Below the pieces are notes generated by a model. That model made no database searches. It saw nothing but the letters and a program-made list of their open reading frames with translations, and was not told where the DNA came from. Source: a phage. From it: a stretch of DNA of 64,000 nucleotides. Below, one piece after another: positions 20,396 to 31,934 of the stretch. A program made the position numbers and the translations under genes. Position 1 is the stretch's first letter; every line of letters begins with the position of its first letter. The stretch lies in assembly GCA_033580375.1 (NCBI GenBank), contig GCA_033580375.1_4527.1; one strand, 5' to 3'.

Positions 20396-20748
20396 TCTGA
20401 GAGCTTCCTGAGGTCTTCTGCAAAGGAATCGAAGGACCTGTTGATTTGTTTTTCAACCAATCCTGGTTTACTTGCCACCACGTTCTTCTTCTTCGAATCC
20501 TTACGGAGCTTTTCATTTTCAGCCTTAAGTTGGTCAACTAAAACACGGTTCTTATAAGTCATTTCTTCGATTGACTGATATTGAACTTTGAAGTCGTCTA
20601 ATACTTTAGCATTGTTTTTAGCAGCCTCTTTAACAGAAGCCAATTCAGTATTCAACGAATCAACTTTGTTGTTTAAGACACCTATTGTTACAGTAGAAAC
20701 TAGAGCAAAAGCTGCTACTATAGCATAAATCGGATTTACTTTAAGCAT
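20392..20748 (-). CDS. i-spanin (inner-membrane component)
   Basis: N-terminal TMD IYAIVAAFALVSTVTIGVL followed by a coiled-coil-like charged region, 118 aa. Confidence 0.65.
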   Translation of the reverse strand: MLKVNPIYAIVAAFALVSTVTIGVLNNKVDSLNTELASVKEAAKNNAKVLDDFKVQYQSIEEMTYKNRVLVDQLKAENEKLRKDSKKKNVVASKPGLVEKQINRSFDSFAEDLRKLSE

Positions 20749-21236
20749 GTTTTAATAATCTCAATGATTTCATCTCGGGATAATCCATTGATAAGAACGG
20801 TTTTCAAACCATCACACTGGATTTTGTACGATTCAAACAATACACACAACTCTTCTGCTGTATGATACTGGCTTGAAATTCCGAGGCGGTTGAATTTGTC
20901 GGTAAGAGGGTCGCAAATAATGTAGAATTTTATACCTGCGATATGTACGTTTGGTTGACTAATATTAATGAACACATTAGCGTCATATTTAGTCAAATTG
21001 TTTTGAAGAAATTCTACCATGGCATTAACTGCTTCTGGCATCGCTTCGCGTTTCTCTTCAGCGTATCGGGTGGAATACTCTTTTTGTTTTACTTTCTTTT
21101 TAAGATTTTTGGCCAGTGTAACACGGAGGTCAGTAAGATAACCAACTGGACGTCCTTTCTTAAAGACTCGGATTCCGTCAGTTGTGTCTCCAAAAGCGGT
21201 TACGACCATATCGTTAGTAATCAATTGCATATTCAT
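20736..21236 (-). CDS. alc: Alc, inhibitor of host transcription
   Basis: ORF-track ORF trimmed to internal ATG (MNMQLITNDM...) with SD GAGGAG, giving 166 aa (T4 Alc is 167 aa). Confidence 0.7.
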   Translation of the reverse strand: MNMQLITNDMVVTAFGDTTDGIRVFKKGRPVGYLTDLRVTLAKNLKKKVKQKEYSTRYAEEKREAMPEAVNAMVEFLQNNLTKYDANVFINISQPNVHIAGIKFYIICDPLTDKFNRLGISSQYHTAEELCVLFESYKIQCDGLKTVLINGLSRDEIIEIIKTCLK

Positions 21237-21266
21237 AATTTTCTCCTCGTGTTGTTGATAAAAGCC

Positions 21267-21296
21267 ATAGTAACACCTTCCTTGGTGTTTGTAAAC
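21267..21296 (-). promoter_or_regulatory. T4-type early promoter
   Basis: Minus strand GTTTAC-N18-TACTAT between rnlA stop and alc. Confidence 0.5.
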
Positions 21297-21298
21297 CA

Positions 21299-22432
<1,134 letters not shown>

Positions 22433-22449
22433 TCAGTTAGTTTTTTTAA

Positions 22450-22479
22450 ATTGTACCACAATCCTTGTGGTATGTAAAC
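22450..22479 (-). promoter_or_regulatory. T4-type early promoter
   Basis: Minus strand GTTTAC-N18-TACAAT. Confidence 0.5.
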
Positions 22480-22889
22480 TACTTTTTCTTATGTTGGATA
22501 TTCCAAGGCGGGTTGAACTTTTTGATAAAAAGCGGTTCTTCAAGGTCCATTGTTGCGATGGTCATTGAACCAAGTTCGTTGGTGACTGAAAGGTCAAAAC
22601 ATTGGCGGGCCCAGAATTCAACCTTTTTGCCTTGCATTAAGGCATCCAAAATCATAAGTGATTTTCTTGAATCTGAAGTCTGGTCTTTTCGATTTATGGC
22701 TGTTCGATAATAGTTAATGCGTTTCTTTAAATTCTTGGTTTTACCAATATACACAAGTTCGTCATCTATAGCAATAGCGTATATGACATTTTTCTTATTA
22801 GGGGCATCAACGGTTTTAATTGTTGCATCTTCTAATAGCTCCAATTCTATATATTTAATAAAGGAATATTCGGCGGCAATATCTTTCAT
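22479..22889 (-). CDS. denA: endonuclease II
   Basis: 136-aa ORF (same as T4 DenA), GIY-YIG-like N-terminus (VIYAIAIDDELVYIGKTKNLKKR). Confidence 0.85.
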   Translation of the reverse strand: MKDIAAEYSFIKYIELELLEDATIKTVDAPNKKNVIYAIAIDDELVYIGKTKNLKKRINYYRTAINRKDQTSDSRKSLMILDALMQGKKVEFWARQCFDLSVTNELGSMTIATMDLEEPLFIKKFNPPWNIQHKKK

Positions 22890-22897
22890 AATAAAGT

Positions 22898-22911
22898 GGG
22901 ACCGAAGTCCC
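22898..22911 (-). promoter_or_regulatory. RNA hairpin in the nrdB-denA spacer
   Basis: GGGAC-UUCG-GUCCC 7 nt upstream of the denA ATG, no following U tract. Confidence 0.4.
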
Positions 22912-22915
22912 GTCC

Positions 22916-24091
22916 TTAGAAATATTTTTTGTATGAATTGATTACATTTTGGTCTACATCATTATCAATTTGTGCAACAAGATAAGAACTGATTTCAACT
23001 TCCTGAGGAGCTGCTTGAACTAAATCAGAGTTCAGATATTCACGAATCCAAGGATACGGATGTTTGGTCGGAGCATCAGTAATTGGACACGGCAAACCAC
23101 ACTGTTTCATACGAGACACAGTCAAGTAATCAACAAAAGCACACATACTCTGTGTATTGATACCTGGACATGTACCGTCTTTAAAGAGGTGCGCAGCCCA
23201 TTCCTTCTCTTGACTATTTACTTCCATAAAAATGTCAACTGCTTCTTGTTCACATTCTTTAGCAATTTGAACCCACTCATCGCCGTCAGTACCAGATTGA
23301 AGTTGACGGATAATGTACTGAGTACCCTTAAGGTGGAGTTGTTCGTCACGAGCAATGAACTTCATAATCTTTGCATTGCCTTCCATAATTTCCATATTTT
23401 TATGGAAGTTGAAAGTACATGCAAATGATACGTAAAAACGAATAGCTTCTAAGGCGTTGATAACGTGCAAACAGAGATAAAGAGATTTCATTAGCTCACG
23501 CTTGGCGTTAAACATTATTTCTTCGTACATCTCAATATCATTCTGCTGGCATGAGCCTAGTGAATACTCATAATTTTCCTTAGCATTTTCCCAATGGCGA
23601 GTCTTGATTAGAACATCATCATAATATTTACCTATTGATTCAGCTCGTTTCATGATTGCTTCGTCTAATACAATTTCATCAAATACCTTAGATGGATCGG
23701 TATAAAGATTTCGCATAATATGAGTATATGAACGAGAGTGAATAGTTTCACTGAATGTCCATGTTGCAACCCATGTATCTAATGAAGGGTCAGAAATAAG
23801 TGCCATAAGTACCGCAGATGGGGCCCTGCCTTGTATAGAATCTAATAATGATTGATACTTAAGATTGTTTGTAAAGATGTCCTGTTGGAACTGAGGAAGC
23901 TTATTGAACTGCGCAGAGTCCAACATCAAGTTTACCTCTTCTGGGCGCCAAAAAAATGAGAGAGATTTTTCAGTAAGGTCTTCAAAAACTTTATGACGTT
24001 GGATATCGTAACGTGCAATGCCTAAACCAGAACCAAAAAACATCGGTTCATTTAAAACATCAACTTGTTGGGTGTTAAAAACTGTGCTCAT
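22916..24091 (-). CDS. nrdB: ribonucleotide reductase small subunit (uninterrupted, no intron)
   Basis: 391-aa continuous ORF with class Ia R2 features; no group I intron. Confidence 0.9.
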   Translation of the reverse strand: MSTVFNTQQVDVLNEPMFFGSGLGIARYDIQRHKVFEDLTEKSLSFFWRPEEVNLMLDSAQFNKLPQFQQDIFTNNLKYQSLLDSIQGRAPSAVLMALISDPSLDTWVATWTFSETIHSRSYTHIMRNLYTDPSKVFDEIVLDEAIMKRAESIGKYYDDVLIKTRHWENAKENYEYSLGSCQQNDIEMYEEIMFNAKRELMKSLYLCLHVINALEAIRFYVSFACTFNFHKNMEIMEGNAKIMKFIARDEQLHLKGTQYIIRQLQSGTDGDEWVQIAKECEQEAVDIFMEVNSQEKEWAAHLFKDGTCPGINTQSMCAFVDYLTVSRMKQCGLPCPITDAPTKHPYPWIREYLNSDLVQAAPQEVEISSYLVAQIDNDVDQNVINSYKKYF

Positions 24092-24729
24092 TTAAAATCC
24101 TTAAATTTACATTTATCATAATGCCATCTTAAAGCATTACCCTTATTAACTTTCTTGCCACAATGTGGACATGGCGGATATTCAGTACCAGATTTAGTCT
24201 TTTCAGATATTAACAATTTTGTTTTATCTGTATGTGGTACACCTCTTGTTGGAGATATTGTACCATACATAGGATTAAGCACACCAAGTTTAGACTTTGA
24301 TATATTTTCACAGTGTTCTTTAGATTTAGGCTTTCTCATCCGTTGGATATGTAAATCTGTAAATTGTCGTCCTTTCAAAGCTTCGCTGATTTTAGCTTTG
24401 GTTTCCTCAGACATTTCACGTCCAGTCATAGCCTCTGATAGAAGTTTCTTGCCTAATTCGTATAGCCTAGAAGAAACGTTATAATTTCTCCCTTTATTGG
24501 TCAAACACATCATACCAAAGGCTTGTTTAAGACCAGGATAAGAATTGAATTTGGTTAATAATCTATGAGCTAAAAAGTGTTCACGACCAGTTAAATCCAC
24601 AAGGTTTTCAACATCATTGGTTCCTCCTAAACATTTAGGAATTATATGATGAGTCTCTTTATATTCGGATAAAGGTTCCCGAGCCTTCGCCCGGGAAATT
24701 AGGTCATTATAGATTTTTTGATAATTCAT
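24088..24729 (-). CDS. mobE: free-standing HNH homing endonuclease (MobE-like)
   Basis: HNH motif HHIIPKCLGGTNDVENLVDLTGREHFLAH plus C-terminal CPHCGK zinc motif; wedged between nrdA and nrdB with overlapping stop/start codons. Confidence 0.75.
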   Translation of the reverse strand: MNYQKIYNDLISRAKAREPLSEYKETHHIIPKCLGGTNDVENLVDLTGREHFLAHRLLTKFNSYPGLKQAFGMMCLTNKGRNYNVSSRLYELGKKLLSEAMTGREMSEETKAKISEALKGRQFTDLHIQRMRKPKSKEHCENISKSKLGVLNPMYGTISPTRGVPHTDKTKLLISEKTKSGTEYPPCPHCGKKVNKGNALRWHYDKCKFKDFK

Positions 24730-26984
24730 TACAATTTACACGCAGAGCAATCTTCGGCTTTAGGTGTTTCTAATTCATAGTCATCTGTACCTGACCCATC
24801 ACGAGTGTTATGATAGTAGAGGTTTTTTCCGCCAAAGTACCAGAAGTAAAGCAGATCGTCAAGCATTACTGACATTGGCACTTTACCTTTCTCAAATACT
24901 GTCGGGTCATAGTAAGTATTAGCAGAAGCAGATTGGCACACCCATTTCAACATGATAGCAACTTGGGTCAAATAAGGTTTATTACCTTTCTTAGCAAGTT
25001 TCCACGCGTAGTCGTAAAGACTCATGTTATGTTCGATATTAGGAACAACCTGACGGAAGTTGCCTTCTTTAGATTCTTTAATACTTACAGGTCCACGAGG
25101 TGGTTCTATACCGTTTGTGCTATTTGAGACTTGACTGCTTGATTCGCATGGCATGAGAGCACTAAGTGTACTGTTACGAATTCCGTGTTCTTTGAGTTCA
25201 GCTCGAAGTTCTTCCCAGTCACAGACGTAGTTCGGAGCTGCGATTTGGTCAATCTTTTTATTGTACCAGTCGATAGGTAATTCGCCTCTAGACCATTTAG
25301 TGTCTGAATAATACTCACAAGGTCCTTTTTCTTTGGCGAGCTTGATTGAAGCTTTGATAAGGCCATATTGTAATCTCTCGAACAATTCATGAGTCAAATC
25401 GTTAGCGTCTTCATATGAAGCAAAGTTAGAAGCTAACCATGCGGCATAGTTCGTCACACCAACACCGAGATTTCGACGCTTTTTAGCTTTTAAAGCTTCT
25501 GGAACCGGATAATCTTGATAGTCTAACAGGTTATCAAGTGCACGTACTTGTACTTCAGCAAGTTCATTAATTTTATCTTGGTCTTGCCAATCAAATTTAT
25601 CTAATACAAAAGCAGATAACGTGCATAAACCAATTTCAGCATCAGGACCATTCACATCATTAGTTGGAATAGCGATTTCACAACATAAGTTACTCTGACG
25701 AATTGGAGCTTTTTCACGAATAAATGGAGTGTAGTTGTTCGTGTTATCAACAAACTGTGGATAAATTCGAGCAGTACCAGAACGTTCAGTCATGAACAAT
25801 TCAAAGAGTTCTAGTGCTTTGATTCTTTTCTTTCTGATTGTTGGGTCTTTTTCAGCTTTCTCATAAAGCTCACGGAATTTATCTTGATCTTCAAAGAATG
25901 AGTAATATAGTTCGCCTGACATTTCGTGAGGGCTAAATAAAGTAATATAATCATTTTTACCAAGGCGTTCCATCATAAGGTCATTAATCTGAATTCCGTA
26001 GTCCATATGTCGAATACGGTTTTCATCCACGCCTTTGTTATTTTTCAGAACTAATAGGTTCTCTACTTCTAAGTGCCACATTGGATAATACGCTGTAGCA
26101 GCACCACCACGAATACCACCTTGAGAACAAGATTTTACTGCAGTTTGGAAATGTTTCCAGAATGGAATAACACCCGTATGTCGAACTTCACCCATACCGA
26201 TCTTAGAACCTTCTGCACGAAGCATACCAACGTTGATACCGATACCAGCTCGTTTAGAAATATATTCAATAATTGATGCTGAAGTTTTGTTAATAGATTT
26301 TAACGAATCGCCGGCTTCAATAACTACACAACTAGAGAACTGGCGAGTTGGAGTACGAGCACCTGCCATAATTGGGGTAGGCAATGAAACTTGATGAGTA
26401 GAAACAGCATCATAAAAACGAATAATATGTTTCAAACGGTCATGAGTTTCGTCTTGATGTAAGGCCATACCAATAGCCATGATAGCAAACTGTGGAGTTT
26501 CATAAATCTTCCCAGTTGTTTTATCTTTAACCAGGTATTTTTCTTTAAGCTGCATAGCACCAGCATAAGTCAGATCAAAATCTCGTTCATGTTTAATCTG
26601 AGAATCGAGATAAATGATTTCTTCTGCAGAATATCTAGACAACAACTCAGGGTCGTATTTGCCTTCATTAACACAATACGAGATATGGTCGATAAAAGCA
26701 GGAGGTTCAAACTGTCCGTACACATCTTTACGAAGTGCAAACATTAATCCTTTAGCGGCAACATATTGATAATCAGGTTCTTCGACAGAAATCGAGTTGG
26801 CTGCAACTTTAATACAAATCTTCTGAATATCTTTAGTGCTCATCCCGTCAACAAGATGGGTCTTAATTTCTTCGTACAATTCATATGGGTCGATTTGTGT
26901 TCCTTCACATTGCCAAGTTAATACTTGAATAATTTTCTGTGCATCAAAATTTTGGGATACCCCACTGCTCTTAGTTACTTGCAT
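24729..26984 (-). CDS. nrdA: ribonucleotide reductase large subunit
   Basis: 751-aa ORF with class I R1 active-site motif NLCCEI and C-terminal CSACKL; SD GAGGA. Confidence 0.9.
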   Translation of the reverse strand: MQVTKSSGVSQNFDAQKIIQVLTWQCEGTQIDPYELYEEIKTHLVDGMSTKDIQKICIKVAANSISVEEPDYQYVAAKGLMFALRKDVYGQFEPPAFIDHISYCVNEGKYDPELLSRYSAEEIIYLDSQIKHERDFDLTYAGAMQLKEKYLVKDKTTGKIYETPQFAIMAIGMALHQDETHDRLKHIIRFYDAVSTHQVSLPTPIMAGARTPTRQFSSCVVIEAGDSLKSINKTSASIIEYISKRAGIGINVGMLRAEGSKIGMGEVRHTGVIPFWKHFQTAVKSCSQGGIRGGAATAYYPMWHLEVENLLVLKNNKGVDENRIRHMDYGIQINDLMMERLGKNDYITLFSPHEMSGELYYSFFEDQDKFRELYEKAEKDPTIRKKRIKALELFELFMTERSGTARIYPQFVDNTNNYTPFIREKAPIRQSNLCCEIAIPTNDVNGPDAEIGLCTLSAFVLDKFDWQDQDKINELAEVQVRALDNLLDYQDYPVPEALKAKKRRNLGVGVTNYAAWLASNFASYEDANDLTHELFERLQYGLIKASIKLAKEKGPCEYYSDTKWSRGELPIDWYNKKIDQIAAPNYVCDWEELRAELKEHGIRNSTLSALMPCESSSQVSNSTNGIEPPRGPVSIKESKEGNFRQVVPNIEHNMSLYDYAWKLAKKGNKPYLTQVAIMLKWVCQSASANTYYDPTVFEKGKVPMSVMLDDLLYFWYFGGKNLYYHNTRDGSGTDDYELETPKAEDCSACKL

Positions 26985-27018
26985 ATATTCCTCGGTATAG
27001 GTTGATAGACATTACTCC

Positions 27019-27042
27019 AAACGGGATAGTATTTATCCCGTT
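27019..27042 (-). promoter_or_regulatory. stable RNA hairpin upstream of nrdA
   Basis: 9-bp perfect stem AACGGGATA / TATCCCGTT with 5-nt loop, about 35 nt upstream of the nrdA ATG. Confidence 0.45.
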
Positions 27043-27071
27043 AATTTATTATACACTTTTAAACTGAAGCG

Positions 27072-27326
27072 TTAATTATTCTTAGCAATAATTTCTTTGT
27101 ATTCTTTAGGAGTCAAGACCGTGATATCGAAATAAACCAATGGTTCTTTTTCCATACCGAATCCACCACAAAATTCACGATATTCATAAATTCGTTCATG
27201 TGAATAACAAACGAATCGTTCACCTTTAACTGTGATTTCACTATTTGGTGAAGGGATATCCAGTTCACTTGGATTTTTCATTTCAAAAATTGTGGTGCCA
27301 TATGAATTAATAAAACGTAAAATCAT
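27072..27326 (-). CDS. hypothetical protein
   Basis: 84-aa ORF between td and nrdA. Confidence 0.5.
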   Translation of the reverse strand: MILRFINSYGTTIFEMKNPSELDIPSPNSEITVKGERFVCYSHERIYEYREFCGGFGMEKEPLVYFDITVLTPKEYKEIIAKNN

Positions 27327-27327
27327 T

Positions 27328-28188
27328 TTATACCGCCATTTTAGCTTTGATAGCTGGATGTGATTCGTAATTTTTAAGAACGAAATCAGAATGTGTCATC
27401 GTTCCAGTAACCCAGTCCATTTGGATTTTTGTAGGCCAATTCTCAAAATTACCAGGCCAATTAATTTCAAGAGAACACAACTCTTTAGGTTCACGACGAA
27501 GAACTTCTTTGCATTGCTCTACGTGGTTGCTGTAGATATGCGTATTGCCGCCTGAGAATACTAAATCACCCGGGATAAGATTACACATCTTAGCCACAAT
27601 ATGCGTCAAGGCAGCGTACGAGGCAATGTTGAACGGCAAGCCCAAGAAAACATCAACACTTCTCTGATACCATTGTAAATCAAGATGTCCATTACGCACA
27701 TTGAACTGATAGAACATGTGGCAAGGAGGAAGAGCCATTTGATTTATTTCAGCTGGATTCCAGGCAGAAACAATTTGACGACGATCAGTTGGTAATTTTT
27801 TAATACGGTCGATTGTTTCAACTAATTGGTCCACACCACCGAAATCACGCCATTGTTTACCATATATAGGACCAAGTTCACCACTATGATAACCAAGGTC
27901 TTTTGCCTGATTTTCGTAATTATCGTCCCAAATAGTTTTACCTTCAATTAGACTACCATGAGTACGAAGTCGTAATTCATTAACATTAGTAGAACCAGAC
28001 ATGAACCATAGTAACTCGGCAATACAAGCTTTCCATGCTAATTTCTTAGTTGTTACTGCAGGGAATCCTTTAGTCAGATCCCAACGTAATTTAGTTCCGA
28101 ATAGGGCAATAGTGCCTGTGCCTGTACGGTCGTCTGTTTCGTAGCCATTTTCAAAAATGTCTTTAATTAAATCTTGGTATTGTTTCAT
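27328..28188 (-). CDS. td: thymidylate synthase (uninterrupted, no intron)
   Basis: 286-aa continuous ORF with active-site PPCH motif; same length as spliced T4 Td. Confidence 0.9.
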   Translation of the reverse strand: MKQYQDLIKDIFENGYETDDRTGTGTIALFGTKLRWDLTKGFPAVTTKKLAWKACIAELLWFMSGSTNVNELRLRTHGSLIEGKTIWDDNYENQAKDLGYHSGELGPIYGKQWRDFGGVDQLVETIDRIKKLPTDRRQIVSAWNPAEINQMALPPCHMFYQFNVRNGHLDLQWYQRSVDVFLGLPFNIASYAALTHIVAKMCNLIPGDLVFSGGNTHIYSNHVEQCKEVLRREPKELCSLEINWPGNFENWPTKIQMDWVTGTMTHSDFVLKNYESHPAIKAKMAV

Positions 28189-28233
28189 TTAGTACCTTAT
28201 ATAAATTATAATACATTTTATGAAGCTAAATAA

Positions 28234-28593
28234 TCAATACAGTTTAGCATCAAATTTTCTTTCGATTTCAGGAGTGAAATATAATTCTTTACCACGTTTA
28301 GAAAAGCGACCAATAATATGATAATTATTCTCATCAAATGTGATATTGCCAATATCCGTAGCTTTCAACCAAATATCGATATTTCTATCCAGCTTTATGT
28401 CAAAATTCCAATACGGAGAACTATTACCGAAAATACTACAAGCGGATTCAGTGAAACAACTGCTATAAATCTTGTCTTTAGGAACTACTAATTGATAGAC
28501 GCCTTTAATAAACTGGGGACCCTGCCACTTTGGCTGTTTCTCATCTTTTTCTAATAGAATAGGGTAATAATTAAAGTTCATATTTTCCGCCAC
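28234..28593 (-). CDS. hypothetical protein (inserted between frd and td)
   Basis: 119-aa ORF in an interval that in T4 holds no gene. Confidence 0.5.
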   Translation of the reverse strand: MAENMNFNYYPILLEKDEKQPKWQGPQFIKGVYQLVVPKDKIYSSCFTESACSIFGNSSPYWNFDIKLDRNIDIWLKATDIGNITFDENNYHIIGRFSKRGKELYFTPEIERKFDAKLY

Positions 28594-28601
28594 GCGTTAT
28601 T

Positions 28602-29431
<830 letters not shown>

Positions 29432-29441
29432 ATTATTTTCC

Positions 29442-29699
29442 TTAAACAGACTTTTTCACAATTTTCCAATCAGCTTTAAACGATTCAACGTCAGAGTGGT
29501 GAATCCAGAATCCTGCACTTTCGCCGTCTTCGTAGAGTGGACATCCGTCACATTCTTCGTTCCAACCCATTTCACGTAAAGCTTCTTCAGCTTGTTCAAG
29601 TAGTTCAGCATCTTTACCAACGACGTTGAAGTACCATTTACCTTTAACTTCAGAATCTTTGATGCTCTGACGTTGTAATCTCATTTTATTCTCCTTCAC
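29442..29699 (-). CDS. hypothetical protein
   Basis: 85-aa ORF. Confidence 0.5.
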   Translation of the reverse strand: MKENKMRLQRQSIKDSEVKGKWYFNVVGKDAELLEQAEEALREMGWNEECDGCPLYEDGESAGFWIHHSDVESFKADWKIVKKSV

Positions 29700-29746
29700 T
29701 TTTGATTTGATAGGGCTATGTTATAGTAGCCCTATCTTGTTATAAA

Positions 29747-30139
29747 CTACTTTTTAAAAGTTTTTTGCAAAAGTTTGATGATTTCGTCGACGTTGGTTTC
29801 ATCTACGATACAATGGATTTTTGTTACACCTAAAGTTATACCTTCGTTAGTAGGTTGAGGCTTTACTAAATCTACCTCAGTAAAGTATTTGAACTCGTCA
29901 GGATAAATCTCAAAATAAGTTTCAATTTCACCACCGGCAGAACATACAGTACCATCTTCCATAGTTACACTTACTACGTTTGGCGTATCATTATCATAAT
30001 CAGGTTCCATTCCGTTTACAACAAAACTGGGCCCGTGGAGTTCAATCAATTTTAACATCTTAGCGTTATTATGTGGTGCTTCTTGAACAAAGTCGTCTTT
30101 AAATAAAGGGTTAATGATATAAGATTTTCCGATTTCCAT
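29747..30139 (-). CDS. hypothetical protein
   Basis: 130-aa ORF with SD GAGGAA, preceded by early promoter. Confidence 0.55.
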   Translation of the reverse strand: MEIGKSYIINPLFKDDFVQEAPHNNAKMLKLIELHGPSFVVNGMEPDYDNDTPNVVSVTMEDGTVCSAGGEIETYFEIYPDEFKYFTEVDLVKPQPTNEGITLGVTKIHCIVDETNVDEIIKLLQKTFKK

Positions 30140-30168
30140 TTTGATTTCCTCATGTTGTTGATAAGTCT

Positions 30169-30197
30169 ATACTAACACATCCAGGGAAGAAGTAAAC
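30169..30197 (-). promoter_or_regulatory. T4-type early promoter
   Basis: Minus strand GTTTAC-N17-TAGTAT. Confidence 0.5.
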
Positions 30198-30224
30198 AAC
30201 TTTTTCGGTAATTTACAGATACTC

Positions 30225-30246
30225 AAAAGGGAGACCGAAGTCTCCC
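30225..30246 (-). terminator. intrinsic terminator after gene 32
   Basis: GGGAGAC-UUCG-GUCUCCC followed by UUUUGAG on minus strand; the 18-nt palindrome is identical to the one at 14145-14162. Confidence 0.65.
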
Positions 30247-30252
30247 GATTTA

Positions 30253-31155
30253 TTATAGACCAGCTAACAGGTCATCGAGGTCGCCATCATCAGAGGATGA
30301 GGTAGAGCTCATGAAGTCATCTTCAGTTTTTGCAGAACTAAAGGCTTCCATGTCTTTATCAAAATCGTCAAGGTCAGAAGCAACTTTATCTGCAACAGAA
30401 GCTGCTGCGGCTGCTGCACCACCAAGAGCGGCAGTACCAAGAACCTTAGCGAAAGATTCATTTAATTTTTCAAAAGATTTGAACTGGTCTTTAGCCGTCA
30501 AAGTAGTAAGGTCTACCATCTGGTCATACAGTTCTTTCTGGAATGCTTCGTCATTAATACGAGGAATTTCAGATTGACCCAAGAATTTAGATTCGTCATA
30601 GTTGCTAAAACCGGAAACCTGCTTAGCTTTCAGAACGAAGTTAGCACCTTCAAACGGACAAGTAACATCAACTGGAGTTTCACCCATTTCGGTATCAACT
30701 GCAATCATTGCATTGATTTTGTCCCAAATCTTTTTACCGAAACGATATTTAAATACTTTACCTTCGTTATCTGGAGCTTGAGGGTCTTTAACAACCAGAA
30801 TATTAGCCCAATAAGAAGTTTTACGTTTCAGTTGAGAATATTCAGTTTTGTTGGTATTGTACAGGTCATTTTTACTAATGTACTGACATACAGGACAAGA
30901 GTCGTAATCACCGTGTGTAGAAGAGCAATTTTCAATATACCATTTACCATTTTTCTTGAAACCGTGGTTAACAAGAATTGCAAATGGTAGTGCATCATCA
31001 GTTTTTGCTGGCAAGAAACGAATTACCGCTTGACCATTACCTGATGCATCTAGCTTCAGCTTCCATTCGCCTTTATCTTCTGAAGAGAAACCTTTGTTAC
31101 CGTTCAGTTTAGCCATTTGAGCAGCGAGGTCAGCAGTAGATTTACGTTTAAACAT
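30253..31155 (-). CDS. 32: single-stranded DNA-binding protein gp32
   Basis: 300-aa ORF (T4 gp32 is 301 aa), zinc-binding Cys/His cluster, acidic C-terminal tail. Confidence 0.9.
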   Translation of the reverse strand: MFKRKSTADLAAQMAKLNGNKGFSSEDKGEWKLKLDASGNGQAVIRFLPAKTDDALPFAILVNHGFKKNGKWYIENCSSTHGDYDSCPVCQYISKNDLYNTNKTEYSQLKRKTSYWANILVVKDPQAPDNEGKVFKYRFGKKIWDKINAMIAVDTEMGETPVDVTCPFEGANFVLKAKQVSGFSNYDESKFLGQSEIPRINDEAFQKELYDQMVDLTTLTAKDQFKSFEKLNESFAKVLGTAALGGAAAAAASVADKVASDLDDFDKDMEAFSSAKTEDDFMSSTSSSDDGDLDDLLAGL

Positions 31156-31235
31156 TATATTTACCTTTATTTAGATTATTTAATTTATTTAATTTATTTA
31201 CAGTTGGTTGCTACGACACTTATACCTCGTAGCTG
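31156..31235 (-). promoter_or_regulatory. gene 32 autogenous translational operator
   Basis: mRNA reads GCUACGAGGUAUAAGUGUCGUAGC (hairpin/pseudoknot) then repeated UAAAUAAAUUAAAUAAAUUAAAUAA up to the AUG. Confidence 0.65.
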
Positions 31236-31280
31236 GTATGATTTATTTATAAAGTAATTTTAACACACAAGAAATAAAGC

Positions 31281-31934
31281 TTAATACTTACATGATTTGA
31301 TTGTTTCTATGAACAATTTCTTAGCAGCATTTCCATCGATTTGAAGTATTTTTCGATATGCCTTTAATTTGGTAGAATAATTTTGCCAGACTAAATTGTC
31401 GGTAAGTTCGTCATGCTTATCTATAATATTCAAGAATGAATCCAACAACAAGAAGGTTTCAAATGAAATTATATTGCTTTGTAGCAATTTAAATATGTAG
31501 CTCGACTGAACTTTATTATTATAATCAAATATCTCTTGAAGCGCACTAACTTCCACCTTCTTACTGAAATAGTAGATGTTACGTACATCTTCAGCAAACG
31601 TCTCCTTGGCCTGTTTGAGACGTCCAATATATTCCCTATAGAAAACTAATGCATCAGCGTCTGAGATCTCACCAATCCATGCATCTTGGTTAGCAACTAA
31701 GTTACTGATGAATATCAAAGTGAGTTCCTTTAACTTATATTTCTCTGATAGTTTCTCAAAGAAATATTTATCTCGGCGTTTTTGATACGCATTATCCGAA
31801 ACACGCATGCACCAGTTATATTTGATTACGTCATACCGACCATTAAAATGTTGTTTGCACATCAAGTATAGTTTGTATACCGATTTTCCATTAATATAAC
31901 GTTCTCCATCAGGAGGCATGCGTATTTTAATCAT
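31281..31934 (-). CDS. 59: helicase loader gp59
   Basis: 217-aa ORF (same as T4 gp59), synteny 32-59-33. Confidence 0.85.
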   Translation of the reverse strand: MIKIRMPPDGERYINGKSVYKLYLMCKQHFNGRYDVIKYNWCMRVSDNAYQKRRDKYFFEKLSEKYKLKELTLIFISNLVANQDAWIGEISDADALVFYREYIGRLKQAKETFAEDVRNIYYFSKKVEVSALQEIFDYNNKVQSSYIFKLLQSNIISFETFLLLDSFLNIIDKHDELTDNLVWQNYSTKLKAYRKILQIDGNAAKKLFIETIKSCKY

